Positions 18,324 through 28,017 of a stretch of 64,000 bases of DNA are shown here, in pieces (within the stretch, counting starts at the first letter, position 1; each line of letters begins with the position of its first letter). Source of the DNA: Candidatus Latescibacterota bacterium (GTDB lineage Bacteria; Latescibacterota; UBA2968; GCA-2709665). The translations under genes were made by a program, and so were the position numbers. Under the pieces are notes generated by a model, which saw only the letters and a program-made list of their open reading frames with translations, was not told the DNA's origin and did no database searches. The DNA lies in assembly GCA_965205485.1 (NCBI GenBank), contig OZ242180.1, positions 1,184,001 through 1,248,000 on the forward strand. The letters run 5' to 3'.

Positions 18324-18866
18324 ATGAACAGGCTGTCGGTTTTCGGTCTCGTAGTCATTGCGGGAATTGCGATATCGTGTGGTGACGACAAACCAACGGC
18401 GCCGGGTCAGGACCTGGTTGGATCATGGACGTACCAGGGAACCGATTTCAGTTCGACCGCGGCGACCAACCTGCAGGAATACCTGCTGAGTCAGGGGGTG
18501 GACGCAGCGGCCGCGCAGCAGTTCGTCACAGAATTCAGGAACGAGATGGATAGAGGCTTCCGCGAGACCGGCCTGGAAATCGTGCGATTCAATGAGGACC
18601 GGACCTACGAAGATAATTCAGGCAACTCGGGCGTCTGGTCGGTCCTGGGCGACGTACTCACGATGGTGGAGGAAGACGGGTTTACCATTCAGTGCCAGTA
18701 CTTTATAGACGGCGAAGACCTGACGCTCATCCTGACCAAGGAGCGGTACCTGAATATAATCAGGCAGACGGAAGATGCAGTTGAGCTCGACACGGATTCG
18801 CTGGCGCTTCTGGATATCCTTTTTGGAGACGGCGACTCCCTGAGGCTCTTCTACAGGGCCAGATGA
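18324..18866 (+). CDS. Lipoprotein, lipocalin-like beta-barrel, paralog 1
   Basis: Lipobox IAISC; LVGSW motif; paralogous to next gene. Confidence 0.7.
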   Translation: MNRLSVFGLVVIAGIAISCGDDKPTAPGQDLVGSWTYQGTDFSSTAATNLQEYLLSQGVDAAAAQQFVTEFRNEMDRGFRETGLEIVRFNEDRTYEDNSGNSGVWSVLGDVLTMVEEDGFTIQCQYFIDGEDLTLILTKERYLNIIRQTEDAVELDTDSLALLDILFGDGDSLRLFYRAR

Positions 18867-18940
18867 CCCGCGGGAAGACGCTCGCGCCTCACTGATGGAT
18901 GCGCGAAGCTCAGGTGGCGACAAAGTCGGAGGGCGTCCTG

Positions 18941-19483
18941 ATGAGCCGGATGTCGGTTTTCGGCCTGACGGTGTTGATCGGTCTTGCGATATCCTGCGGC
19001 GATGACAAACCCACGGAGCCGGTTCGCGACCTCGTTGGATCGTGGACCTACCGGGGTACCGATTTCGCCTCGACCGCGGCGGCCAACTTGCGCGATTACC
19101 TGCTGGGGCAGGGCTGGAACCTCGCGTCCGCGCAGCGGATGGTGGATGGATTCCGGAACGAGATGGAAGCAGGGTTCCGGCATACCGGGTTGTCGGTCCT
19201 GCGGTTCAACGCGGACGGGACCTTCGAAGACAATTCCGGCAGCAAGGGCGTCTGGTCGGTTCAGGGCGACGTGCTTGCGATCGTCGCCGAGGATGGCTAT
19301 ACCATCCAATGCCAGTACTCTGTGGACGGCACCGACCTGACGCTCATCGTGAACAAGGAGCGATACCTGAACCTGATCCGGCAGTCCGAAGGTACGGACG
19401 AGATTAGCCCGGAGATTCAGGGGCTTCTGGATATTCTGTTCGGTGGCGACAATACGCTCAGGCTGTTCTACAGGGCCGCATAG
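18941..19483 (+). CDS. Lipoprotein, lipocalin-like beta-barrel, paralog 2
   Basis: Lipobox LAISC; colinear with 18324-18866; GGAGG RBS. Confidence 0.7.
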   Translation: MSRMSVFGLTVLIGLAISCGDDKPTEPVRDLVGSWTYRGTDFASTAAANLRDYLLGQGWNLASAQRMVDGFRNEMEAGFRHTGLSVLRFNADGTFEDNSGSKGVWSVQGDVLAIVAEDGYTIQCQYSVDGTDLTLIVNKERYLNLIRQSEGTDEISPEIQGLLDILFGGDNTLRLFYRAA

Positions 19484-19606
19484 CGGGTCGAATGAACCCA
19501 GGGAGGGGGTCCGCGAGGGGGTTGAGAATTGCCCAAGTTGCGGTCCCGAATCCCTTCGCGGTAAATTTGCCAAACCCCACAGGCAGTCGGTTGTCGCGTT
19601 CAACGA

Positions 19607-22600
19607 TCAGTTCGACTTTTTGCCGAAAGCGCCTGCAAAGATGAGAAAATCACTGAACCCGATCGTGCCGTTTCCATCGAGGTCGAATCGCGCGTCATAC
19701 CCCTCGTCTCGCTGACTCGTCCCGAATTGCGCCGCAAATTGCAGAAAGTCGGCAAAACCCACGGTCCCGTCGCCGTCGAAGTCCGGATTGCGGATGGTAG
19801 GCGGGAGGTACCGCGCGATATCCCACAGCAACATCGTGCCGTCTCGGCTGCCACTGATCAGGGTCCTTCCATCCGGCGAAAACGCAACGGAATGAACCTC
19901 ACTCGAATGTCCGTCCAAGGTGGCGATCTGGTTCCGGGTTTCCACGTCCCACAACTGGACCGAACCCCTTGACCCCGAAACGAGGGTTTCCCCATCAGGT
20001 GAGAACGCCACCGAATAGACAGAACCCGGATTGTGCATCGTACCGATAAGGGACCGGGTCCCCACTTCCCACAGCTTGATCGTGTGGTCCTCTGCCCCGG
20101 AGGCAAGAGTTGAGCCGTCCGGCGAAAACGACACCGCACGCACAGCGGACCCGTGTCCGGCCAGCGTGGCAATCTCTGTTCTCGAGGCCACGTCCCACAA
20201 CCGCGCCGTATTGTCACGACTGCCGCTGGCCAGCGTGCTCCCATTGGGCGAAAACGACAGGGACATCACATCATCGGTGTGTCCTTCCAGCATGCCGACC
20301 ACGGCCCGCGTGGCAACGTCCCACAACCTGATCGTTCGATCCTTGCCCCCACCACCCCCCGTCGCCAACAGCGCACCGCCCGGTGAGAACGCCACCGATG
20401 GAATCATACCAGGATGTTTCTTAAGCGTGGCAATCTCCCTTCCCGTCTCGAGATCCCACAGATGGAGCCGGTAAAGCGACCCGGCAGCCAGGATGCCGCC
20501 GTCAGGCGAAATCGCCACCGATTGCAATACATGTGGTGTGGCCAAGCTGGCATCCCACGAGAGCGTGGCGATCCTCGACTGTGTTGGCGTGTTCCACAGG
20601 TCGACCTGGCTGTTTGCCAATGCCGTGGCGAGGATGTTGCCGTCGTCAGAGAGCGCCATCGAGTTGATTTGCACATGCCCGTAGAGCGTGACGGAACTTT
20701 CCGTCTCCAGATCCCGCAGCAATATGCCTTGTGACGAGGCGGAGGCGAGAGTGACACCGTCCGGAGAAACCGCCATCGACGTGACGCCCCCTCTCACATG
20801 CTCATTTCCTCCTATCGAGCCAATCCGATTCCCCGTTGCCACATCCCAGAGGAGAATCGTACCTCTACTACCCGGGCTCAACCCGGTAAACAGAACGGAC
20901 CCATCTGAGGAAAACACAACTGACTCGGCATACCTTACACCAGGGGGGTCCAGCGTGGCGACCTGCGTTTGCGCCGTGACATCCCACAGAATCACCGTGC
21001 CATCTCCGTAGGCGCCTGCGGACGCAAGGCGGTCTCCCTTGGGCGAATACGCCACCGATGTAACTGCTCTTTTGTGTCCTTCAAGGGTAGCGACCTCGGC
21101 TTGCGTGGCCATGTCCCACAGCCGTACCGTGCCATCATCAAACCCGGATACCAACCGCGAGCCATCCGGAGAAAAGGAAATCGACCCGCGCCGACCGTTT
21201 CCCTCCCGCACCACCTCCCACGTGGCAAGCTGGACCCTTGTGGCTACGTCCCAAACGCGGATGACCTGATCCCACGAGCCGGAAGCCAGTCTCGAGCCGT
21301 CCGGAGAGAAGACCACCGTGACCTCGCCCCGATCCGCGTGCCACAGCGTGCCGATCCGTTCGCCAGTTTCCACCTCCCTCAGCTCAACCCGGCCGTTGTC
21401 GAGTCCCGCCGCCAGCGTGCCGCCGGGGGAGAACGACACCGAATGGACCGCACTCCCCGTCGGCAACAGGGCCTGCGCCCGGGACGTGGTCGCCCCGTAC
21501 AGCCACACGCCGACGGACGTGGCAACCGCCAGCGTACGTCCATCCGGAGATAGCGCTACCGCACGGTCAGTAATACCCATGGTTCCTTTGCCCAGGCGCG
21601 CGGCGGCGCCATATGGCAGATGCCACGCCGTGTAGTCTCCCTCCAGGGAGGCGACCCCGGTCTCCACGCCTTCGGATCGAAAAGTCGCAACTTCCACGCT
21701 GCCGACGAATACCCCCACGGCGTATGTACCCGGACGCGGACCCAGGGTAAGTGTCAACTCCGCGTGGCCGTTGGCATCGCTGATCGCCTGCTGAGACGTG
21801 TACCGGCCGCTGAGCCTGCCATCGCCACCCGTAACCGTGAACGTCACCGACGCATTGGAAAGAGGATTGCCGTGCTGATCCTTGACCAGTACAACGAGTG
21901 GCTGTGCAAGTACCGATCCTGGCGCGCCTCGTTGCCCGTCGCCGGAGACGATCTCCAGCGCATAGGGACGGGGACGCGTCCACCGGGACGTGTTCCACAG
22001 GTTGACGGTGTTGTCCCGCGAGCCCGCGGCCAGGGTGGCGCCATCAGAGGAAAAGACCGCATCCAACACGGAACTCGTTTGCCCGGTCAGCGTTGCGATC
22101 CGCTCCCGGGCTCTCACGTCCCAAAGATAAACCGCTGAATTACCCGCAGCGCCGGCCAGAATCGCACCGCCGGGAGAAAACGCAACCGACTGCCACCCAT
22201 CGCATTGATAATCGAGGTTGGCAATTCGAACCCGTGAGGCCACGTCCCACAGCATGATCGTGCTACCCCTGGAGCCGGCAGCCAGCATCGTACCGTCAGG
22301 CGAAAATGCGACCGACGTCATCCCGCGGGTATCGCCTTCAAGCATCACAACCTCTATGCGCGAGGCCGCGTCCCACAAACGCACCGTTCCATCCCGGGAC
22401 GCAGAGGCCAGCGTGTTCCCATCCGACGAAAACGCCACGGATCTGACGGAAGCCGTATGTCCTGTGAGGGTGTGTTTTTCCTGAATTGTGGCCACGTTCC
22501 ACAGCTTGAGTGTGCCGTCGTCCGATCCGGAAGCCAGGGTGGCGCCGTCAGGTGAGAACGCCACCGAGTTCACAGCACCCGCGTGTCCTTCCAGTGTGGC

Positions 22601-23962
22601 GACCCCGGTACGCGCGGCCAAATTCCACAGCTTGAGTGTGCCGCGGTTCGATCCGGAAGCCAGGGTGGCGCCGTCAGGTGAGAACGCCACTGAGTTCACA
22701 GCACCCGCATGTCCTTCCAGTGTGGCGACCCCGGTACGCGTGGCCACGTTCCACAGCTTGAGCGTGCCGTCGTCCGATCCGGAAGCCAGGATTGCACCGT
22801 CAGGTGAGAACGCCACTGAGTTGGCTCCGCGCGTATGCCCTTCAAGTGTGGCGATCTGTTCAGGGGAATCCCTCACAAGCTGGAACCGGTGGTTTGCTGT
22901 GTTTCCCCGGGTATCAACAGCAGTGATCGTCAAAGGTTGGGTGGGGTCCTCATGGAGACTATTGTCTTTGCGAGCATAGGTGCTGCCGCTGAAGTCGAAT
23001 TCTACAATGGCATTTTCTTCACCCTTAACGCCGACACAAGCGTATAAGTCCCACGAAGTATAAAGTAGGGACACTTGATGGACCCCGTCTGAATCCCCGA
23101 TTTCAACACTGATAGGGACTTTGGTAGATCCAGGAGGATACTTCAGCGGCGTTGTAACTGTGATGGTGGGTGGGGACGCCTGTTCAATCGGGATGTCGGC
23201 ATTGAAATAGGGATGCACAGCGAGGAATTCAGCGTGACAGGCAGAAAGCCGAGTCTGTCCCGGTCCCTGGGACATGACGTAATCAAAATTGCTGTTATCG
23301 TGCAGGAGACCGAACGCGTGTCCAATTTCGTGTCCAAAGAGAGCTACGTGGGAGCTCCGGAATTCGCCGGTTATGTACACGGCCCCGCCGGCTTTCCCGA
23401 CCCGTCGTGCCCTCCCTATCGACCACGGCTCTTCGTGCGGGCTAGCGCCAATCTTCCCCGAACTGTTATCGATTACGATGACATACACATTCGTTGCCAG
23501 GTCGAATGTTGGTGCAAGCTCTCCATCCACAAGCGATAACGTATTCCTGTAATAATGGCTATCGGGGTGTTGCCCATCCACCCGATGCACCAGCGGCTGG
23601 CCGTCGGAATCGGATTCGACCCGGAAGGTCCTGGCGCCGTAGCCGTGCGCCTCCATCTGCTCGGCATAGAAGGTCTGCACCCGCTTGATCTCCGTCTTCA
23701 TCGAATCGACCACCTCCTGTCGGTAGGTGCGGTCGTTGGGCAGGAAGTAGGCCATCCGCACAGTTCGCGGTTCGCCCACGTTAAGGTCGTCCGCACGCTT
23801 TGCCGCCGGAAGAGGGTGATCGCGCCACCACTGTTCGTGGTCGTCGAAGGCGGAGATATGCACGCTGTCAGGAAGGATCGACGACGCACCCACGGCGCCG
23901 GGCATCGAAACTACGAGAGCGAGCGACACATATTGGGCGAAATGACGAACAAGCGTTTTCAT
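19607..23962 (-). CDS. Secreted metzincin-like peptidase + WD40 propellers + Big/invasin-like Ig domain + C-terminal dockerin-like EF-hand pair
   Basis: Signal peptide; HEIGHAFGLLH and YVMS Met-turn; many GH..V.SVAFSPDG..LASGS.D..LW repeats; PDFDGDGTVGFADF...FDLDGNGTIGFSDF. Confidence 0.88.
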   Translation of the reverse strand: MKTLVRHFAQYVSLALVVSMPGAVGASSILPDSVHISAFDDHEQWWRDHPLPAAKRADDLNVGEPRTVRMAYFLPNDRTYRQEVVDSMKTEIKRVQTFYAEQMEAHGYGARTFRVESDSDGQPLVHRVDGQHPDSHYYRNTLSLVDGELAPTFDLATNVYVIVIDNSSGKIGASPHEEPWSIGRARRVGKAGGAVYITGEFRSSHVALFGHEIGHAFGLLHDNSNFDYVMSQGPGQTRLSACHAEFLAVHPYFNADIPIEQASPPTITVTTPLKYPPGSTKVPISVEIGDSDGVHQVSLLYTSWDLYACVGVKGEENAIVEFDFSGSTYARKDNSLHEDPTQPLTITAVDTRGNTANHRFQLVRDSPEQIATLEGHTRGANSVAFSPDGAILASGSDDGTLKLWNVATRTGVATLEGHAGAVNSVAFSPDGATLASGSNRGTLKLWNLAARTGVATLEGHAGAVNSVAFSPDGATLASGSDDGTLKLWNVATIQEKHTLTGHTASVRSVAFSSDGNTLASASRDGTVRLWDAASRIEVVMLEGDTRGMTSVAFSPDGTMLAAGSRGSTIMLWDVASRVRIANLDYQCDGWQSVAFSPGGAILAGAAGNSAVYLWDVRARERIATLTGQTSSVLDAVFSSDGATLAAGSRDNTVNLWNTSRWTRPRPYALEIVSGDGQRGAPGSVLAQPLVVLVKDQHGNPLSNASVTFTVTGGDGRLSGRYTSQQAISDANGHAELTLTLGPRPGTYAVGVFVGSVEVATFRSEGVETGVASLEGDYTAWHLPYGAAARLGKGTMGITDRAVALSPDGRTLAVATSVGVWLYGATTSRAQALLPTGSAVHSVSFSPGGTLAAGLDNGRVELREVETGERIGTLWHADRGEVTVVFSPDGSRLASGSWDQVIRVWDVATRVQLATWEVVREGNGRRGSISFSPDGSRLVSGFDDGTVRLWDMATQAEVATLEGHKRAVTSVAYSPKGDRLASAGAYGDGTVILWDVTAQTQVATLDPPGVRYAESVVFSSDGSVLFTGLSPGSRGTILLWDVATGNRIGSIGGNEHVRGGVTSMAVSPDGVTLASASSQGILLRDLETESSVTLYGHVQINSMALSDDGNILATALANSQVDLWNTPTQSRIATLSWDASLATPHVLQSVAISPDGGILAAGSLYRLHLWDLETGREIATLKKHPGMIPSVAFSPGGALLATGGGGGKDRTIRLWDVATRAVVGMLEGHTDDVMSLSFSPNGSTLASGSRDNTARLWDVASRTEIATLAGHGSAVRAVSFSPDGSTLASGAEDHTIKLWEVGTRSLIGTMHNPGSVYSVAFSPDGETLVSGSRGSVQLWDVETRNQIATLDGHSSEVHSVAFSPDGRTLISGSRDGTMLLWDIARYLPPTIRNPDFDGDGTVGFADFLQFAAQFGTSQRDEGYDARFDLDGNGTIGFSDFLIFAGAFGKKSN
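22490..22860 (-). repeat. Three near-identical 126-bp WD40-coding tandem repeats
   Basis: ccacagcttgag recurs at 22499, 22625, 22751. Confidence 0.9.
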
Positions 23963-24477
23963 GGTGTTTTCATCCTTTCAGAAATCGGTCATCCCGGCGT
24001 CGTGGCACGTGAATGCCAGCAGCGCAAGCGCGGCAAAACGTATAGCGACCTTCGATATCGTCACTATGCGAACCCTCCTGTTCGTAACTGCCGAACACGT
24101 CCTCCGACCCATCAAACCTGCTTGACGTACCGTCTGTCTGAAGTATTCCGTTTTATGAATCTGGACCTCTGCGTATTGAGGGGTCGAATCCGGCTTATCC
24201 GACGCAGAATCTCGACGAATCAGGGTTCTATCGTGCCGACGACTTGTCCTTTTGGGTCAACAACGCAAAGAGGTTCCCGGATGAACCCGGCGCCGCTGGT
24301 CAACTCATGCTCAGCGCTGGCGGGCGTACCCTCGATCCCGGTATGGCGGTTATTCCCGACGCCAATTGTCGCGCCCCGGTCCCAAATGTCCTCGGCGTCA
24401 TATTGTGGCACGGTTTTTTTTCATCATGGTGATGTCAGTTGGCGCTTATGACATTGCCCTCGATGGACGAATCACGG

Positions 24478-24885
24478 CTAATTCGACGTCGAACCTGAGC
24501 ACCGCTGGGACCGTTCCACCACACTCGCGAGCGTCACTCCGCCGGAACTGACGGCCACCTGGAAATCCCGTCCCGACTCGCACGTGCTCCTAAGGTCGCT
24601 GCTGAGATCGAGCTGTGCACAAGCGGCTCTGTACGCCGCGTTCAGGGCTTCCTGCTGGGTGGCGCCAGAGCCGGTACCCCGTCCGGTGCCAGACGGTGAA
24701 CTGAGGCTTCCCAATCTTGAGGGAACCAATGTCAGCGTCACTTCGCATTGAAATGAACTCAATCCAGTACCGTTGTCCTTTCCGCAGGCAAAGGCGAAGA
24801 ACAGGGCGAACACGCTGATCCCAAACAAAGCCTGAAACCCTGACGTTGACCCAATGCGCCCCATCTGACTTGTAAGACGATTCAT
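24478..24885 (-). CDS. Small Cys-containing putative lipoprotein
   Basis: Hydrophobic stretch then FAFAC lipobox; four further Cys; AAGGAG RBS. Confidence 0.6.
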   Translation of the reverse strand: MNRLTSQMGRIGSTSGFQALFGISVFALFFAFACGKDNGTGLSSFQCEVTLTLVPSRLGSLSSPSGTGRGTGSGATQQEALNAAYRAACAQLDLSSDLRSTCESGRDFQVAVSSGGVTLASVVERSQRCSGSTSN

Positions 24886-24923
24886 CCTGGACTCCTTGAT
24901 TTGGACCGGCGTGATACCTGATA

Positions 24924-25157
24924 TCATCGACGTGCTTCGGATCTAAGGGCATTCACGTCTACAAATATGAATACATCCGCGAATTCCGCCGTGCCGTTGC
25001 CATCGAGGTCGATCTTCGCATCGGTACCGCGGTACGCATCGGCAAAGAGGAAGATTTCCACGGAATCCGTCCTGCCGTCACCGTCGAAGTCTGAGGCTGC
25101 AGCTGTGTTTGGAGAGGGTGTGGTCCTTGCGGGCATTTTTTTTGAAATCACGTCCAA
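24924..25157 (-). pseudogene. Degenerate stand-alone dockerin-like EF-hand pair
   Basis: SDFDGDGRTDSVEIFLFADAY...IDLDGNGTAEFADVFIFVD. Confidence 0.65.
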
Positions 25158-25217
25158 CCGATCCGTGATCGTCCTAGTCGTCCTGTCGGACTAGATTCCG
25201 CGACCGGTTCTCCGTTG

Positions 25218-26009
25218 TCAAAACAGACAACCGCCAATTGTAAGGGCGCGAAAACCGTCCTTGCTATACATTTGATCTTCCGTGTAATTCAGACGGTAAC
25301 GTCTTTTCTCAGACGGTTTTAGAACGCTCTTCCGGCCTTCGAATTCTATCTGGCATTCGTCGCTGGTATCATTGTCCAATTCAATGCTGAATCGGCCAAG
25401 CAACGGTAGCAGAGCGTCTCCGTCTTTCATGGTAATCCGGGCGCTGCTGAATTCGTGGACCTCGTTCGCGAGGTTACGATGTATTTCTCTGTTTACGTAC
25501 ATTCTCAATATCATCGAGTCATCGCTCGTTTCGGCCGAGAATGAGAACAGTTCCAGATGTGGGATTACAAGAGTAACCGGCACCACGGCGCTAACCATCA
25601 TAACGCCGTATGAACCCACTCCCGAACCAGCTGACATCTGGTGTTTGGATATGAACTCATCCTTTCTCAACGTATATTCTTTCGTCTTATTGCCGTTTTC
25701 ATCGGTGATGGTTCGGCTTGTCAATGTTCCGCAATACTTCACTTCCGGCCTGTTGAAATATCTCCGCAAGACAGGGTTTAACTGATCTATGCTTTCCTGG
25801 CAGTTCTTTGCTTTCGAACTGCTTGGAACCAGGAACTCCGCCGGCAACAATATTCCGTCCTCGGATCGCCACACGGCTTTCAGACTCGTGATACGAATGA
25901 AGAAGTCCGCGTCGATACTTACACAGGCCGAAAACAACAACAGCACCAGGACACCAACGAAATCCGTTGCCCGCCGGCCGCTTTTGGCGATATCCAGGTT
26001 TGCCATCAT
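25218..26009 (-). CDS. Hypothetical lipoprotein, visibly lower GC
   Basis: 263-aa ORF, LFSAC lipobox, GGAGGG RBS. Confidence 0.6.
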   Translation of the reverse strand: MMANLDIAKSGRRATDFVGVLVLLLFSACVSIDADFFIRITSLKAVWRSEDGILLPAEFLVPSSSKAKNCQESIDQLNPVLRRYFNRPEVKYCGTLTSRTITDENGNKTKEYTLRKDEFISKHQMSAGSGVGSYGVMMVSAVVPVTLVIPHLELFSFSAETSDDSMILRMYVNREIHRNLANEVHEFSSARITMKDGDALLPLLGRFSIELDNDTSDECQIEFEGRKSVLKPSEKRRYRLNYTEDQMYSKDGFRALTIGGCLF

Positions 26010-26080
26010 GCCCTCCAGGTATAACGGTTTAATGTACCTTCCAGTTATTCCATCTGTACGATGGTCATGATCCCATGCGA

Positions 26081-27283
26081 TCAGGGCAGGCTGACAATCG
26101 TCCAGACGTTGCCGCTTCGGGTCAGATGCAGCCTGTTCAGTCGGACAGTGCCGCCGCTGAACCGCGTATTGCCCAACCGTATCCCTCCGATATTGCCGTC
26201 CACAACCAAAACGCTCGCGTCGTTACGAAGCGTGTATCCTGAACCCTGACATCCTTCTCCCGGTCTCATCGTCAACCCAACCGTGCACGTCTGGCTGGCG
26301 CCACCGCCACCGCCGGATCCCGTCACGGTCACATCGATCGTCCGTTCGGCACTCAAGCTGCCGGGGTCGGTCGCCGTGACGGTCACCGTCGCGTCCCCGG
26401 CCGACCTCGGCGTTATCTCCAATGTCGAATCCGTAACACTCACTGCCGCCACCGAGGTATCACTGGAAACCGCCGAATAAGTCAACGCGTCGCCGTCAGG
26501 ATCGCTGAAACCGTGAGACAGGTCCACCGATGCGGCCGCGCCGCCTGCTGCCAGGGTCTGTGCGGGGATGTCGGCGGCGGCCACAGGCGCTCCGTTCTCT
26601 CGCTCAACGATCTGAAACTCGCCACGCAGGGTCAGTGGCGCGGAACCCGCCTCGGTATAGGTGCTGACGAACGTGCCCGACGTCGTCGATGTGAACGTCA
26701 GTTGGATCACGACCTTCTCCCTTTCAGGGTCGTTTCCCGTCACATCGTAGGTGTACGTAACCGTCCCGGTATTCGGGCCGGTATTGACGTAACGGTAACT
26801 GCCCTCGTGGGCGACGCCATCCTCGATTTCCCGTATTCGTCCCGGGGACAGGAAGATCAGCCTGAGGCCGGTGGCGGGCGTAACCTGCCTGCCAACCGCG
26901 AAACGGTCGAAGGCATTCCGGTCCGCCGGCGCAAAGCCGGAAGGCGTCGATTCGACCGTCTTGCCAAAATCGGCGGCAAACGCGACAAAGTCCGGGAACC
27001 CGATAGCGCCATCGCCATCCAGGTCGAACCGGGCATCGAACCCTGCGTCGCCCTGTTGGGACCCGAACACGCTCGCGAATGCCAGGAAATCGGAGAATCC
27101 AACAGTCCCGTCACCGTCGAAGTCGGGAGACGGGACGCCAACGTCTCTCTGGTTACCCGCCCCCGCATCGACAATCAGATCAAGTGACAACACGGCGTTT
27201 GCATTCGAACCGGCGATCGCGTAGTCCAACGTTATCAGCACACCCAGGACGGCGATCCACTTTATGCCATTTCTCGTAAACAT
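26081..27283 (-). CDS. Secreted protein: truncated cohesin-like start, dockerin-like pair, unknown beta domain, cadherin-like Ig domain, Cys-containing C-terminal module
   Basis: Signal peptide; DFDGDGTVGFSDF/DLDGDGAIGFPDF; FSDPDGDALTYSAVSSD; CAGGAGG RBS before ATG 27283. Confidence 0.8.
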   Translation of the reverse strand: MFTRNGIKWIAVLGVLITLDYAIAGSNANAVLSLDLIVDAGAGNQRDVGVPSPDFDGDGTVGFSDFLAFASVFGSQQGDAGFDARFDLDGDGAIGFPDFVAFAADFGKTVESTPSGFAPADRNAFDRFAVGRQVTPATGLRLIFLSPGRIREIEDGVAHEGSYRYVNTGPNTGTVTYTYDVTGNDPEREKVVIQLTFTSTTSGTFVSTYTEAGSAPLTLRGEFQIVERENGAPVAAADIPAQTLAAGGAAASVDLSHGFSDPDGDALTYSAVSSDTSVAAVSVTDSTLEITPRSAGDATVTVTATDPGSLSAERTIDVTVTGSGGGGGASQTCTVGLTMRPGEGCQGSGYTLRNDASVLVVDGNIGGIRLGNTRFSGGTVRLNRLHLTRSGNVWTIVSLP

Positions 27284-27466
27284 TGACGTATCCTCCTGTT
27301 GTTTAAGGACACCGGCGCCTTGCCACTGTCGCATCGTGCTGAAGTTTCGATTGAATGTGCAGCCATACCTGATACCTGATGGGCCATGCATTACTCACGG
27401 GGATCCGGGTCGCGGCGACTTCCGGGTCAGAGTATGGTCGGGCGAATAACAGGACTACATATAAAG

Positions 27467-27481
27467 GCAATATGTGTGCCA
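27467..27481 (-). promoter_or_regulatory. Sigma54 (-24/-12) promoter
   Basis: Minus strand TGGCACACATATTGC with GG-N10-GC spacing. Confidence 0.75.
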
Positions 27482-27508
27482 ATGTGTTTCCATGGCATTG
27501 AATGACTG

Positions 27509-27521
27509 TAAGACATTGATT
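27509..27521. promoter_or_regulatory. IHF consensus site
   Basis: TAAGACATTGATT = reverse of WATCAANNNNTTR. Confidence 0.6.
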
Positions 27522-27580
27522 TTATGTGGGATAAAAGTGTGGCAAGGTACAACAATAAAAAGGCCAGGCCGAATTGCAGG

Positions 27581-27668
27581 GACGATATATCGACCGACAA
27601 TTCAGCCTGGCTCGCTTATATTATTGAAAAACAGTTAGATACAACAGGGTCGATATATCGACCCTGTT
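27581..27668. promoter_or_regulatory. Two CGATATATCG palindromic boxes, putative enhancer (UAS) sites
   Basis: gacgatatatcgac at 27581; perfect 26-bp palindrome aacagggtcgatatatcgaccctgtt at 27643-27668. Confidence 0.6.
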
Positions 27669-27766
27669 CCGGAATTTGGCCCCCTACGGTTGGGTAACGG
27701 ACTCCGTCATCCCTGCCGGCGACACAGGCCCCGTGGCCTGATCAGCCGGCAACACAGTTTTATACA

Positions 27767-27976
27767 GTGGAACGATGGGTAGAGGATGGGTTTACGATTC
27801 AGTGCCAGTACTCTGTGGACGGCGCGGACCTGACGCTCATCTTAGACAAGGAGCGATACCTCAACCTGATCCGGCAGTCCGAGGGTTCGGACGAGATTGA
27901 GCCGGAGATACAGGCGCTTCTGGATATTCTGTTCGGTGGCGACAATACGCTCAGGCTTTTCTACAGCGCTACATAG
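27767..27976 (+). pseudogene. Orphan 3' fragment of the lipocalin-like lipoprotein family
   Basis: EDGFTIQCQYSVDGADLTLILDKERYLNLIRQSEG...LRLFYSAT closely matches the C-terminus of 18941-19483. Confidence 0.85.
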
Positions 27977-28017
27977 TGGGTTGAATCCCTGCGCACGTCT
28001 CCCTTCCGAACCCCCCC

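Noticed and set aside
24400..24425. Second sigma54-like site TGGCACGGTTTTTTTC
   Set aside because: Lacks the -12 GC and no plus-strand gene follows
19289..27988. Diversity-generating retroelement TR/VR pair
   Set aside because: Differences are mostly synonymous and not adenine-specific; no reverse transcriptase in the window
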